Shown here one piece after another: positions 1 through 9,750 of a stretch of DNA of 54,978 nucleotides. The stretch is taken from positions 1 through 54,978 of IMG/VR virus record IMGVR_UViG_3300044627_004059; one strand, written 5' to 3'. A program made the position numbers and the translations under genes. The notes beneath the pieces are model-generated. The model worked only from the letters and a program-made list of their open reading frames with translations. It was not told the origin of the DNA and ran no database searches. This DNA is from a virus. Its lineage: Duplodnaviria; Caudoviricetes. Position 1 is the stretch's first letter. Each line of letters opens with the position of its first letter.

Positions 1-693
1 ACTACGGGACGTCCGAGTAATGCGTATCGAGGATTTAATTTTGCAGCCATGAACAAAGAAGATGGTACCCGTGATGCATTTTGTAGTCGATTTGATAATG
101 GCGCGTTAGTAGAAATGGATTTTGATGCATATCACGTTAGATTGATTGCACGTTTAATTGGATACGAATTGCCATCAGAATCTGTACATGAATATTTTGG
201 TCATTTTTATTTTGATACGGATACGTTAACTGAAGAACAGTATGAACAAAGCAAACAAATTACGTTTAGATTGTTATATGGAGGAATAGATCGAGAATTT
301 CTATCAATTCCATTTTTTGCAAAAATCAATGATTTTATTTATTCGTTATGGAATACTTGGAAAACTAAAAAATACATAGAAACTCCCATATTGCAAAGAC
401 GTATAACTTCAGAACAAATTACCAATCCTACGGCTAACAAAGTATTCAATTATTACTTACAGGCATTGGAAACTGAAGTATCTGTAAAAAAATTACAAGC
501 CATATCTGCATTATTAAAATCATACGAAACTAAATTAATATTGTATACGTATGATAGCGTTTTGTTAGATAGTAAATTTGAAGAAGCCAAAGATCTTATT
601 CCACAAATAAAAGAAACGTTGGAACAAGGCAATTTTCCGGTAAAAGTGAAAGTTGCCGATATTTATAGTAAAATGAAAACAGTCTCGTTATGA
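1..693 (+). CDS. polA: Family A DNA polymerase, C-terminal polymerase domain (5'-truncated by the window edge)
   Basis: Frame 1 is open from base 1 (TTGRPSNAYRGFNFAAMNK...). PolA motifs: TGRPS, motif A DFDAYHVRLIA, motif B SKQITFRLLYG, motif C YTYDS. Confidence 0.85.
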   Translation, partial: TTGRPSNAYRGFNFAAMNKEDGTRDAFCSRFDNGALVEMDFDAYHVRLIARLIGYELPSESVHEYFGHFYFDTDTLTEEQYEQSKQITFRLLYGGIDREFLSIPFFAKINDFIYSLWNTWKTKKYIETPILQRRITSEQITNPTANKVFNYYLQALETEVSVKKLQAISALLKSYETKLILYTYDSVLLDSKFEEAKDLIPQIKETLEQGNFPVKVKVADIYSKMKTVSL

Positions 694-1940
694 ACATTGA
701 TATTGATTTAATATTAACAGAATGGTGTTATCGACTACCAAAAGGATATCCCACAACTTCCAGAGATTATGAAACATTGTATGATGTGTTACTTGAAGTT
801 GTAAATATATCCGCTGATGAAGCACGATTAATTGTAGAACGAGCTCGTGGAAACGTTAAACAGACAATTTCCGAATCCGTACAATTTGACTCGATTGAAA
901 ACCAATTATTAATCAATGCGATTCAACAAACAAATAAAACCAATGAATTTCGAGAATTCTTAAATTCATTGCCGACTGAAGCAGATGGTATAACGTTAAA
1001 CTTTTTAAATCAATTAAATTCAGAACAATCTGAAATGTTTGCATCTTTATTATATACGTTAAATGGCGTTAATGAAGATGAATTAAATACTATAAATTTT
1101 AGAACTGGTTTTTATTACGATTTATTTAAATTAGAAACCAAAGGTTTAGGAAAAGGAGAAATTTTATTAGCATCTCTAATAAAAGGATCTAAAATAAATG
1201 GAGGAGGCGTATCATTTGATATGACAGCAAATGGGCAATCCTACGAAATAAAAGATTATACCGGCGGTAAAGGAAATGCTAAATCAATCCGATTAGGTAC
1301 TAAAGGCAGCGTTACTAGATTTAAATTTTGGGATGAAATTGTAACAACTTTAAAAAGATTAGATCAATTACGAGGAACCATTGAAAATCCAAAATTTTCA
1401 TTTCATAAATATTTTAACGAAACTTTGTTAAATTGTATTGCATACTTAGATGAACGGAGAACATTTATTTTAGCCGGAAATTTAAATATGAAAGATAAAC
1501 AGTATTTAATGCAATTTTATCGAGAAGCAAATGCATTAAATTCTGAAATACAAGGTTATACTAACGTTATTTTACGCGGACCAAATGCGACGCCTATAGA
1601 AATGTCAATTCAACCATTAACTCAAGCAATCGATGGTTCTATAACTATAAAACCTATAGATGACGGTAGCCAAGATATTACATATATTAATACGGAACTT
1701 CGTCGATTGAAATACGTAAGAAATCCAGAAATGCTGGATGTTGATTTACAAGAAGCAGTTGATTCAATCATAGGCACTGATTTGCAATTTATCGTTTTCA
1801 GAAAAGATCGTATACGAGTTACAAATGAATTTAGATATGTAGTTATAGATGCCGGAAAAATACGTATAATAGAATCTGCAATTGGTTCAGATAAAATTGA
1901 TTTAAGTGATACGAATATAACTGAGGAATATGAACTTTGA
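690..1940 (+). CDS. Hypothetical phage protein with a possible PD-(D/E)XK nuclease-like core
   Basis: 416-aa ORF. GKGEILL...SFDMTANGQSYEIKD resembles the E...D...ExK catalytic pattern. Confidence 0.45.
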   Translation: MNIDIDLILTEWCYRLPKGYPTTSRDYETLYDVLLEVVNISADEARLIVERARGNVKQTISESVQFDSIENQLLINAIQQTNKTNEFREFLNSLPTEADGITLNFLNQLNSEQSEMFASLLYTLNGVNEDELNTINFRTGFYYDLFKLETKGLGKGEILLASLIKGSKINGGGVSFDMTANGQSYEIKDYTGGKGNAKSIRLGTKGSVTRFKFWDEIVTTLKRLDQLRGTIENPKFSFHKYFNETLLNCIAYLDERRTFILAGNLNMKDKQYLMQFYREANALNSEIQGYTNVILRGPNATPIEMSIQPLTQAIDGSITIKPIDDGSQDITYINTELRRLKYVRNPEMLDVDLQEAVDSIIGTDLQFIVFRKDRIRVTNEFRYVVIDAGKIRIIESAIGSDKIDLSDTNITEEYEL

Positions 1941-2323
1941 AAACACAACTACTTTGCACATTTGCACATCGTACGGATTTAAATATTATAACTGACTACA
2001 TACAAACAAACTATGAAATTCCAGAACGCAGAATATTTGTATTTGCAAATGTAGACTTAACAGATAATTTGTATTGCACTTATAATGCAAATGAAACGGC
2101 ACGAAGAGGACAAAATACAATAAGCATACATCGTAAAAAAGAAACCAATACTTTGTATACGGTTAATGCACTTAACGAAGTTATTCGCAAAGTAAACAAT
2201 GGCATATTAGACAAAACATATCAGTTAGATTGGACGCGTTATCAAAATTCATTTATACTTACAGATGACGTTGGATACCGAGTTATCAATTTGGTTTTCT
2301 TTAAGAAAATTACCTGGAATTGA
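1937..2323 (+). CDS. Hypothetical phage protein (TTG start)
   Basis: 128-aa ORF overlapping the upstream stop (TTGA); no family recognised. Confidence 0.6.
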   Translation: MKTQLLCTFAHRTDLNIITDYIQTNYEIPERRIFVFANVDLTDNLYCTYNANETARRGQNTISIHRKKETNTLYTVNALNEVIRKVNNGILDKTYQLDWTRYQNSFILTDDVGYRVINLVFFKKITWN

Positions 2324-2353
2324 TATTTATTTATATAAATTTAATTAATTATT

Positions 2354-2381
2354 TTGATTTAACGATTTAATTACTTATATT
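2354..2381 (+). promoter_or_regulatory. Class 1 promoter-like motif (TTG-N19-TATATT) upstream of ssb
   Basis: Member of the recurrent TTG-N19/20-TATWWT intergenic motif. Confidence 0.55.
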
Positions 2382-2428
2382 GTAATTAATATTTTATATT
2401 TTATTAACCATTTAAAAGGAGTTAACTA

Positions 2429-3208
2429 ATGGCACTTAATTTAGACGCTATTAAAGCAAAGCTTAATCAGTTGAACAAAGCTGATGACAAAAAACAAAAT
2501 TTGTGGAAACCTGAAGCAGGTAAGACACGTATCCGCATCGTACCGTATGTACATCGCAAAGAAAATCCATTTCTAGAATTGTATTTCCATTATGACATTG
2601 GTAAGCGTTCTATGCTTTCTCCAATAACTTTTGGCAATGCCGATCCAATCGTAGAGTTTTCAGACAAACTTAAAAAGACTGGCGATAAGGATGAATGGCT
2701 AATGGGTCGTAAGATTGAACCAAAAATGAGAACTTACGTTCCTGTAATCATTCGAGGAAAAGAATCTGAAGGTGTTAAGTTTTGGGGATTCGGAAAAACA
2801 ATTTACACAGAATTGCTTTCAATTATTTCAGATCCAGATTATGGAGACATTACGGATCTAATGAATGGACGTGATATCGATGTAGAATTTACTCCAGCAG
2901 ACGCACCGGGAGCATATCCTAAAACAGCAATTCGAGTTAAGCCTAACACACAGCCAGCTACCGAAGACAAATCAATTGCTGAAAAAATCATGAATCAACC
3001 AGAAATTACTGATTTGTTTCCAGAACCAACTTATGAAGAATTGGAACAAGCATTGGCTGAATGGATGAATCCAGAAAATGCAGATTCGGATGTAGCATCA
3101 AACGAAGAAGAAGAAACTCAAAGTGCTCCAGCTCCAGCAAAAGCATCTAAGCCTGTAGCAGGTAAAGTTGATGACGTTGCATCAGCATTCAATGATCTTT
3201 TCAATTAA
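2429..3208 (+). CDS. Single-stranded DNA-binding protein, T4 gp32-like
   Basis: LWKP...RIRIVPY...FHY...VKFWGFGK...GRDI core, acidic/flexible tail ending DDVASAFNDLFN, located next to recA. Confidence 0.8.
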   Translation: MALNLDAIKAKLNQLNKADDKKQNLWKPEAGKTRIRIVPYVHRKENPFLELYFHYDIGKRSMLSPITFGNADPIVEFSDKLKKTGDKDEWLMGRKIEPKMRTYVPVIIRGKESEGVKFWGFGKTIYTELLSIISDPDYGDITDLMNGRDIDVEFTPADAPGAYPKTAIRVKPNTQPATEDKSIAEKIMNQPEITDLFPEPTYEELEQALAEWMNPENADSDVASNEEEETQSAPAPAKASKPVAGKVDDVASAFNDLFN

Positions 3209-3218
3209 GGAGTTGTAA

Positions 3219-4382
3219 ATGGCAAAGAGTAAAAGCAAACTAGAACTGGAAGATGCGTTAGCAAATACCTTGGCGGATAGCATTAACAAGCAATTCAAAG
3301 GTCAAGCATTAAAAACTGCATTCTTCTTAGATGGCGATGATGATGCGCCTAGCAATGTTAAAGATTGGATTTCATCAGGTTGCGACTCACTCGATTTAGC
3401 AATTTCAAATCGACCGAACGGAGGATTCCCAGTAGGTCGAATTACCGAAATTACCGGTTTAGAAGCTTCTGGAAAATCATTGTTGGCATCGCACGCATTA
3501 TCAGAAACTCAAAAGAAAGGCGGATTGGCAGTATATATCGATACAGAGTCTGCAACTAGTACAGAGTTTTTACAAGCTATCGGCGTTGATTTGAAAACGA
3601 TGTTATATGTTCCATTAGAAACCATTGAAGAGATTTTTGAAACCATCGAAACAATTGTAGAACAAGTACGTAAATCGAATAAAGATCGTTTAGTAACGAT
3701 TGTAGTGGATTCGGTAATGGGCGCATCTACAAAAATTGAAATGGCGGCAGAATATGATAAAGATGGTTATGCAACTAGTAAGTCAATCATTCTTTCAAAA
3801 GCAATGCGTAAAGTTACCAATTGGATTGCACGAGAAAATATATGTTTGATATTTACAAATCAGTTACGTACTAAATTAGGCGTTTCGTTCGGAGATGCTT
3901 GGACGACATCAGGAGGTAAAGCTATTCCATTCCACGCATCAGTTAGATTGCGATTGAAAAATACCGGAATGATTAAAGCAAAAATCAACGGAGTTGAACA
4001 AGTAGTCGGAAGCAAAACCGAAGTGCAAGTTGTTAAGAACAGAATGGGACCTCCACACCGCAAAGTGAATTACGATATCTATTATGATTCGGGTATTGAC
4101 AATCATGGCGGTTGGTTAGAAATCATGAAGAAGTTTGATTTAGTTAAACAAGCCGGCGCACATTATACATTGGATGATGTAGATATCGATACCGGTGAAG
4201 TATTTGGCGAAATTAAATTTCAATCAAAAAACTTTGTTGAAAAAGTAATTGACAACAAAGAAATTAAAGATCGATTGTATAAAAGAATTTGCGATGCATA
4301 CATTTTTAAATACCAAGCAGGTATTGATGGTGGCATTGACGATGTAATAATCGATGAAACAGTTATAGATGAAGAAGGCTAA
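3219..4382 (+). CDS. recA: RecA/UvsX-family recombinase
   Basis: Walker A GLEASGKS, YIDTE, Walker B IVVDS, IFTNQLR, SGGKAIPFHASVRL, KNR. Confidence 0.95.
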   Translation: MAKSKSKLELEDALANTLADSINKQFKGQALKTAFFLDGDDDAPSNVKDWISSGCDSLDLAISNRPNGGFPVGRITEITGLEASGKSLLASHALSETQKKGGLAVYIDTESATSTEFLQAIGVDLKTMLYVPLETIEEIFETIETIVEQVRKSNKDRLVTIVVDSVMGASTKIEMAAEYDKDGYATSKSIILSKAMRKVTNWIARENICLIFTNQLRTKLGVSFGDAWTTSGGKAIPFHASVRLRLKNTGMIKAKINGVEQVVGSKTEVQVVKNRMGPPHRKVNYDIYYDSGIDNHGGWLEIMKKFDLVKQAGAHYTLDDVDIDTGEVFGEIKFQSKNFVEKVIDNKEIKDRLYKRICDAYIFKYQAGIDGGIDDVIIDETVIDEEG

Positions 4383-5446
4383 TGAATAAGTATCAAGAGC
4401 TGTTCAAAAAGTTACAACAAGAAAAAGTAAACGGTCCATCGGATGTCAATGATCATGTCATGGTATTCGATGGATTGAATACTTTCATTAGGGCTTTTGG
4501 AGCGACGCCATCCACAAATGAAGATGGTGACCATATTGGCGGTATTACGGGATTTTTATTTTCTATAGGAAAAGTAGTTCGAGATTTTCGTCCTAGTAGA
4601 TGCGTAATTGTATTTGACGGTCGCGGAGGGTCTGCACGACGTAAGAAAATTAACGGCGACTACAAAGCAAATAGAGCCAATAAAACTAGATTACGTAGAC
4701 ACGATCATCAACAATTTGCTACAATAGAAGATGAACAAGAAGCTATGCGTTGGCAATTTAGTAGATTGGTATCGTATTTAGATAATTTGCCAGTTACATT
4801 TTTAGCAATCGATGGCATTGAAGCAGATGACACAATTGCGTATATTGCGGATATGTATCAGGACGTTGCTAAAAAAATTACAATTGTATCTACGGATCGC
4901 GATTTTTATCAATTAATAGATAGCAAGTTACAAGTTTGGTCTCCCATTAAAAAGAAGATGTATGACGAAGCTGCAATAATAGAAGAATTTGGCGTTCATC
5001 CGATTAATTATGTAGTTTATAGAACATTTACGGGAGATGCATCTGATAATATTGCCGGCGTAGATGGAATTGGTCCAAAGACTATTTTAAAGACATTTCC
5101 AGAATTAGCAAATAATACGGAATTTACATTGGAAGATTTACGAAATAAATGCAATGATAAACGTGTATTAAAAGAAGGTAAATCTTATCAAAAAGTATTG
5201 GATAATTACGATACTATTGAAATGAATTATCGTTTAATGAACATTAAACTTTTAAATATTCCAGCACAAAATTGTAGTACTATACGAGGTATTATGCAAC
5301 AACCAATTCCAATGTTAAACAGACAAGAATTTCAAAGATTGTTTATGCAAGATAAAATGTGGAATACCATGAAAAATCTTCCGGAGTGGTTAACTAATAC
5401 TTGGCTTTCATTAAATGCATTTGCACAACAAACTCACAAAAAATAA
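4382..5446 (+). CDS. 5'-3' exonuclease / flap endonuclease (PolI 5' nuclease, T4 RNase H-like)
   Basis: FDGLN, VFDG, YKANR, EADD, STDRDFYQL, GDASDNIAGVDGIGPKT (H3TH) motifs. Confidence 0.92.
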   Translation: MNKYQELFKKLQQEKVNGPSDVNDHVMVFDGLNTFIRAFGATPSTNEDGDHIGGITGFLFSIGKVVRDFRPSRCVIVFDGRGGSARRKKINGDYKANRANKTRLRRHDHQQFATIEDEQEAMRWQFSRLVSYLDNLPVTFLAIDGIEADDTIAYIADMYQDVAKKITIVSTDRDFYQLIDSKLQVWSPIKKKMYDEAAIIEEFGVHPINYVVYRTFTGDASDNIAGVDGIGPKTILKTFPELANNTEFTLEDLRNKCNDKRVLKEGKSYQKVLDNYDTIEMNYRLMNIKLLNIPAQNCSTIRGIMQQPIPMLNRQEFQRLFMQDKMWNTMKNLPEWLTNTWLSLNAFAQQTHKK

Positions 5447-5447
5447 T

Positions 5448-5476
5448 TTGGATAATAAGTATCTTTTTAATATTAT
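5448..5476 (+). promoter_or_regulatory. Class 1 promoter-like motif (TTG-N20-TATTAT) upstream of the helicase
   Basis: Recurrent motif; ATG lies 6 nt downstream. Confidence 0.6.
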
Positions 5477-5482
5477 TGTTAC

Positions 5483-6850
5483 ATGACAGATAAATTAAGT
5501 GAATATGGTTGGGGCTTTCAAGTAAAAGTAATAGCCGCTATGTTTACAGATAGAATATTTTTACAACAAATTGCAGATATTATTCGTCCGGATTATTTTG
5601 AATCAGACGCAAACAGCTGGTTATTAGAAATAATTTTAAATCATTTTAATGAATACAAGACGCCTCCATCAAAAGATGTATTAAAGGTTAAATTAACTGA
5701 ATTAAGTGATGATGGTCCAGAATCCATTTTAAAGACTGCAATATTAGAACAACTTAAAGATGTATTCCGATACATGGAATCGGATGATTTAACATTTGTA
5801 AAAGATGAAATTTTAAATTTTTGTAAGAATCAAGAAATCAAACGAGCAATAATGGATTCGGTAAATTTGCTTCAAAGAGGCAATTACGATGAAATTAAAA
5901 GTAAGATTGATACGGCAATGAAAGCTGGTGCAGATACCAATATTGGATTAGAATACAAAAGCAATATATCTGCACGTTATGCCGAAGCATCTAGACATAC
6001 TATTACTACAGGTTGGGATGTTATTGATGATTTAATGGATGGAGGATTAGCACCGGGAGAATTAGGTGTAGTAATGGCACCGGCTGGTATTGGTAAATCT
6101 TGGATGCTTATTAATATCGGTGCAAATGCAGTTAAAGCCGGACATTGCGTTATACATTATACATTAGAACTCAATGAAAATTACGTAGGTCAACGTTATG
6201 ATTCAGTATTAACCGGAATCAATGCACAGACTTTGAAACATCATCAAGATACCGTTGAAGAAAAAATGAAAACACTTCAAGGCGATTTGATTGTTAAATA
6301 TTTTCCAACTAAGTCAGTAGGAGTTATGGGACTCAAAGCTCATTTAGAAAAAACAATTATGCTAGGAAATAAACCTGCATTAGTAATTGTGGATTACGGC
6401 GATTTGTTGAAAATTAATGCAAAAAAGGACAAACACGAAGCATTAGAAGAGTTGTACGAAGAGTTACGAGGAATGGCAGGGGAATATGATATTCCGGTTT
6501 GGACCGCGTCACAAGCAGGTAGAAGTGCCTTAGAAGAAGACGTCATCGAAGCAGATAAAATTGCATCATCATACGGTAAAGTGATGGTGGCTGATTTCTT
6601 AATGTCACTTTCTAGAAAAGTAGAAGATAAAATGTCTGGTACTGGTAGAGGGCATGTTATTAAGAATAGATTCGGTCCAGATGGTATTACGTTACCTAGT
6701 AAAATTAATACTAATAATGGACAATTTCAATTCTTTGAACCGCAAACTAGTCAAGGTAAACAAACCACTCAAACTATGAAAACCGGTGAGAATATTTTAA
6801 AGAAAAATTTAGCACAAAGATTCAAAGATATGGGCGGAACTTTAGGCTAA
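5483..6850 (+). CDS. Replicative DNA helicase (DnaB / T4 gp41-like)
   Basis: Walker A APAGIGKS, TLE, IVDYGD, WTASQ, KNRFG SF4 motifs. Confidence 0.92.
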   Translation: MTDKLSEYGWGFQVKVIAAMFTDRIFLQQIADIIRPDYFESDANSWLLEIILNHFNEYKTPPSKDVLKVKLTELSDDGPESILKTAILEQLKDVFRYMESDDLTFVKDEILNFCKNQEIKRAIMDSVNLLQRGNYDEIKSKIDTAMKAGADTNIGLEYKSNISARYAEASRHTITTGWDVIDDLMDGGLAPGELGVVMAPAGIGKSWMLINIGANAVKAGHCVIHYTLELNENYVGQRYDSVLTGINAQTLKHHQDTVEEKMKTLQGDLIVKYFPTKSVGVMGLKAHLEKTIMLGNKPALVIVDYGDLLKINAKKDKHEALEELYEELRGMAGEYDIPVWTASQAGRSALEEDVIEADKIASSYGKVMVADFLMSLSRKVEDKMSGTGRGHVIKNRFGPDGITLPSKINTNNGQFQFFEPQTSQGKQTTQTMKTGENILKKNLAQRFKDMGGTLG

Positions 6851-6868
6851 AACATATTTATACTAAAT

Positions 6869-6900
6869 AAGGTCCGGATGCTAAATTCGGTCCTTTTTTT
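6869..6900 (+). terminator. Probable intrinsic terminator after the helicase gene
   Basis: AAGGtCCGGAT-gctaa-ATTCGGtCCTT imperfect hairpin followed by a T-run. Confidence 0.55.
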
Positions 6901-6942
6901 ATCTAAGAAACATTTATATTAATAACAAGGAGATTACAAAAA

Positions 6943-8799
6943 ATGGAGATTTCAAACAAAATTTTGAGTGAAATTACGGTGTATATGAAATATGCCAAGT
7001 ATGTTCCCGAACTCAATCGAAGAGAAACTTGGGAAGAATTAGTTACGAGAAACAAGCAAATGCACATTAAAAAATATCCGCAATTAACTGCAGAAATTGA
7101 AAATGCGTATCAGTTTGTATACAACAAAAAAGTCTTACCTTCAATGCGTAGTTTACAATTCGGAGGAAAACCAATTGAAATCTCCCCTAACCGAATTTAT
7201 AACTGTGCATATTTGCCAATTGACGATTATCGTGCATTTGGTGAAGCAATGTTCTTGTTATTAGGTGGTACTGGAGTAGGATATTCAGTACAAACACATC
7301 ACGTAGAAAAATTACCAGAAATACGTAAACCAAATCCAAAGAAAACTAGAAGATTCCTTATTGCAGATTCAATTGAAGGATGGGCAGATGCAGTAAAAGC
7401 ACTAGTTAAATCTTATTTTGAAGGCGGATCAACATTTACGTTTGATTTTTCGGATATTCGTGCTAAAGGTGCAAGATTGGTTACGTCAGGAGGAAAAGCT
7501 CCAGGTCCACAACCTTTAAAAGAATGTTTGATTAAATTAGCTGGTATTTTAGATGCAAAATCTGAAGGCGATAAATTAACGGCAATCGAAGTGCACGATA
7601 TGGTATGTCACGTTGCCGATGCTGTATTGGCAGGTGGTATTCGCAGAGCGGCTCTTATATCTTTGTTTTCGGCAGATGATGAAGAAATGATTGCGTGTAA
7701 ATCAGGCAATTGGTGGGAAACTAATCCACAACGAGGACGTGCTAATAATTCAGCAACTTTGATGCGACATAAACTCACTAAAGATTTTTTTATGGATCTT
7801 TGGAAACGAGTAGAATTATCAGGAGCAGGAGAACCAGGAATTTATCTTACAAATGATAAAGATTGGGGAACGAATCCATGTTGCGAAATTGCACTACGTC
7901 CATTCCAATTTTGTAACCTTTGTGAAGTAAATGCATCAGATATCGAATCGCAAGAAGATTTAGAAGCACGAGTGAAAGCTGCCGCATTTATCGGAACACT
8001 TCAAGCAGGTTACACTGATTTTCATTATCTACGTCCGGTATGGAAACGTACCACAGAAAAAGACGCACTTATCGGAGTATCAATGACAGGTATTGGATCT
8101 GGAACGGTATTGGGATATGATATGAAAGCTGCGGCTAAAACGGTTAAAGAAGAAAATGAACGAGTAGCAAATATCATTGGCATTAACAAATCAGCACGTA
8201 CTACGACAGTAAAACCGGCAGGAACTACATCATTAGCTTTAGGAACAAGTTCTGGAATACACGCATGGCACAATGATTATTATATTCGCAGAATACGAGT
8301 AGGAAAAAATGAAGCAATTTATTCTTATTTAGCAATCAATCATCCAGAACTAATTGAAGATGAATATTTCCGTCCACACGATACGGCTGTAATTTCTATT
8401 CCACAAAAAGCACCGGAAGGAGCTATCATGAGAACAGAATCTCCATTCCAATTATTGGATCGTATTAAAAAGGTTCATTTAGAATGGGTTAAACCAGGAC
8501 ACAGAAGCGGAAACAATACTCACAATGTATCTGCAACAGTTTCACTTAAAGCAGATGAATGGGAATTGGCTGGAGAATGGATGTGGACTAACAGAGACCA
8601 CTACAACGGATTGTCAGTTTTACCATATGATGGCGGTACATACACTCAAGCACCATTTGAAGATTGTAGCAAAGAAACATATGAAAACATGATGAAGTCT
8701 CTTCATAATATTGATTTGAGTCAAGTAATTGAATTAGATGATAACACCGATCTGTCAGGCGAATTAGCGTGTGCGGGTGGTGCGTGTGAGATTAAATAA
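6943..8799 (+). CDS. nrdJ: Class II (adenosylcobalamin-dependent) ribonucleotide reductase, RTPR-type
   Basis: NCAY, GTGVG, GGIRRAA, TNPCCEI, VKPAGT and C-terminal ACAGGACEIK redox pair; no beta-subunit gene adjacent. Confidence 0.9.
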   Translation: MEISNKILSEITVYMKYAKYVPELNRRETWEELVTRNKQMHIKKYPQLTAEIENAYQFVYNKKVLPSMRSLQFGGKPIEISPNRIYNCAYLPIDDYRAFGEAMFLLLGGTGVGYSVQTHHVEKLPEIRKPNPKKTRRFLIADSIEGWADAVKALVKSYFEGGSTFTFDFSDIRAKGARLVTSGGKAPGPQPLKECLIKLAGILDAKSEGDKLTAIEVHDMVCHVADAVLAGGIRRAALISLFSADDEEMIACKSGNWWETNPQRGRANNSATLMRHKLTKDFFMDLWKRVELSGAGEPGIYLTNDKDWGTNPCCEIALRPFQFCNLCEVNASDIESQEDLEARVKAAAFIGTLQAGYTDFHYLRPVWKRTTEKDALIGVSMTGIGSGTVLGYDMKAAAKTVKEENERVANIIGINKSARTTTVKPAGTTSLALGTSSGIHAWHNDYYIRRIRVGKNEAIYSYLAINHPELIEDEYFRPHDTAVISIPQKAPEGAIMRTESPFQLLDRIKKVHLEWVKPGHRSGNNTHNVSATVSLKADEWELAGEWMWTNRDHYNGLSVLPYDGGTYTQAPFEDCSKETYENMMKSLHNIDLSQVIELDDNTDLSGELACAGGACEIK

Positions 8800-9014
8800 T
8801 GATACAACCAGCAACAAAAGATTGGATACAACAATTATTCGTGAAGGAGTTTGGCAACAAGCTCCTTCCGAGTGATTTCTATTACGAAAATGGCAATCGA
8901 GTAATGACCGAATCATATCATGAAAGACGAGGTTCTTGTTGCGGTAACGGATGCCGGCATTGTCCATATGAACCCCGTCATGAAAAAGGTGTAAAAACTT
9001 TGAAAATTCAATAA
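8799..9014 (+). CDS. Small Cys-rich protein (DUF5522-like)
   Basis: YHERRGSCCGNGCRHCPY signature. Confidence 0.75.
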   Translation: MIQPATKDWIQQLFVKEFGNKLLPSDFYYENGNRVMTESYHERRGSCCGNGCRHCPYEPRHEKGVKTLKIQ

Positions 9015-9027
9015 AATATTCTATATT
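9000..9027 (+). promoter_or_regulatory. Class 1 promoter-like motif (TTG-N19-TATATT) upstream of folE
   Basis: Recurrent motif. Confidence 0.55.
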
Positions 9028-9045
9028 ATAAATAATATTCAAGTT

Positions 9046-9750
9046 ATGACAAAAAAACAAAGAAAAAATTTAGAGTTAGTACATCCTGGTTTTGCTAACG
9101 GCGTTTCGATTCAATTAGCAACGAAGCAGACATTAGAAGGTCCAGATGCAACATTAACTGCAGAAGAAAAGCAAGATATTATTGATAAAGCTGCATATCA
9201 TTACGGGTTATTCTTAACAGCATTAGGCGTAAATTGGGAATCGGATCCTAATTCTTCAGATACTCCGCGTCGAGTAGCAAAAGCATATGTAAATGATTTA
9301 TGGGCTGGACGTTATAATCCAATGTCTGGTATTACTGCGTTTCCTAGTGACGGATATGATGGCATCGTATTTGAAGGAGGTATTCCTTTGACATCGATGT
9401 GTAGTCATCATCACCAGACAATTATGGGTACGGTGCATGTTGCATATATTCCAGGAGATAATAGCAATGTTATCGGATTAAGCAAATTGAATCGAGTAGT
9501 AGAACATTTTGGAAGACGCGGTGCTATTCAAGAACAATTGACAGTAGCAATTCATCACGCAATTGACGAACTTATCGAAAACAATAAAGGTGTAGCAGTA
9601 ATGATTGAAGCTACTCATAATTGTGTACAATGTAGAGGCGTTAAGCACGGCGGAGCTTCAATGAAAACGGCAAAATTATCCGGAGCATTTATGTCTGAAC
9701 CTTCTACTAGAAATGAGTTTTATGAATTCATCAAAGGTTATGGCGGATAA
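9046..9750 (+). CDS. folE: GTP cyclohydrolase I
   Basis: TPRRVAK, SMCSHH, GLSKLNRVV, IQEQLT, HNCVQCRGVK. Confidence 0.95.
   Translation: MTKKQRKNLELVHPGFANGVSIQLATKQTLEGPDATLTAEEKQDIIDKAAYHYGLFLTALGVNWESDPNSSDTPRRVAKAYVNDLWAGRYNPMSGITAFPSDGYDGIVFEGGIPLTSMCSHHHQTIMGTVHVAYIPGDNSNVIGLSKLNRVVEHFGRRGAIQEQLTVAIHHAIDELIENNKGVAVMIEATHNCVQCRGVKHGGASMKTAKLSGAFMSEPSTRNEFYEFIKGYGG

Noticed and set aside
2324-2428. AT-rich intergenic stretch as a replication origin or ncRNA
   Set aside because: It is explained by two stacked promoter-like motifs and an RBS; no iterons or stable structure are visible.
6851-6942. Cobalamin riboswitch upstream of the class II RNR
   Set aside because: The intergenic region is about 90 nt and AT-rich, with no B12-box; only one hairpin is visible.
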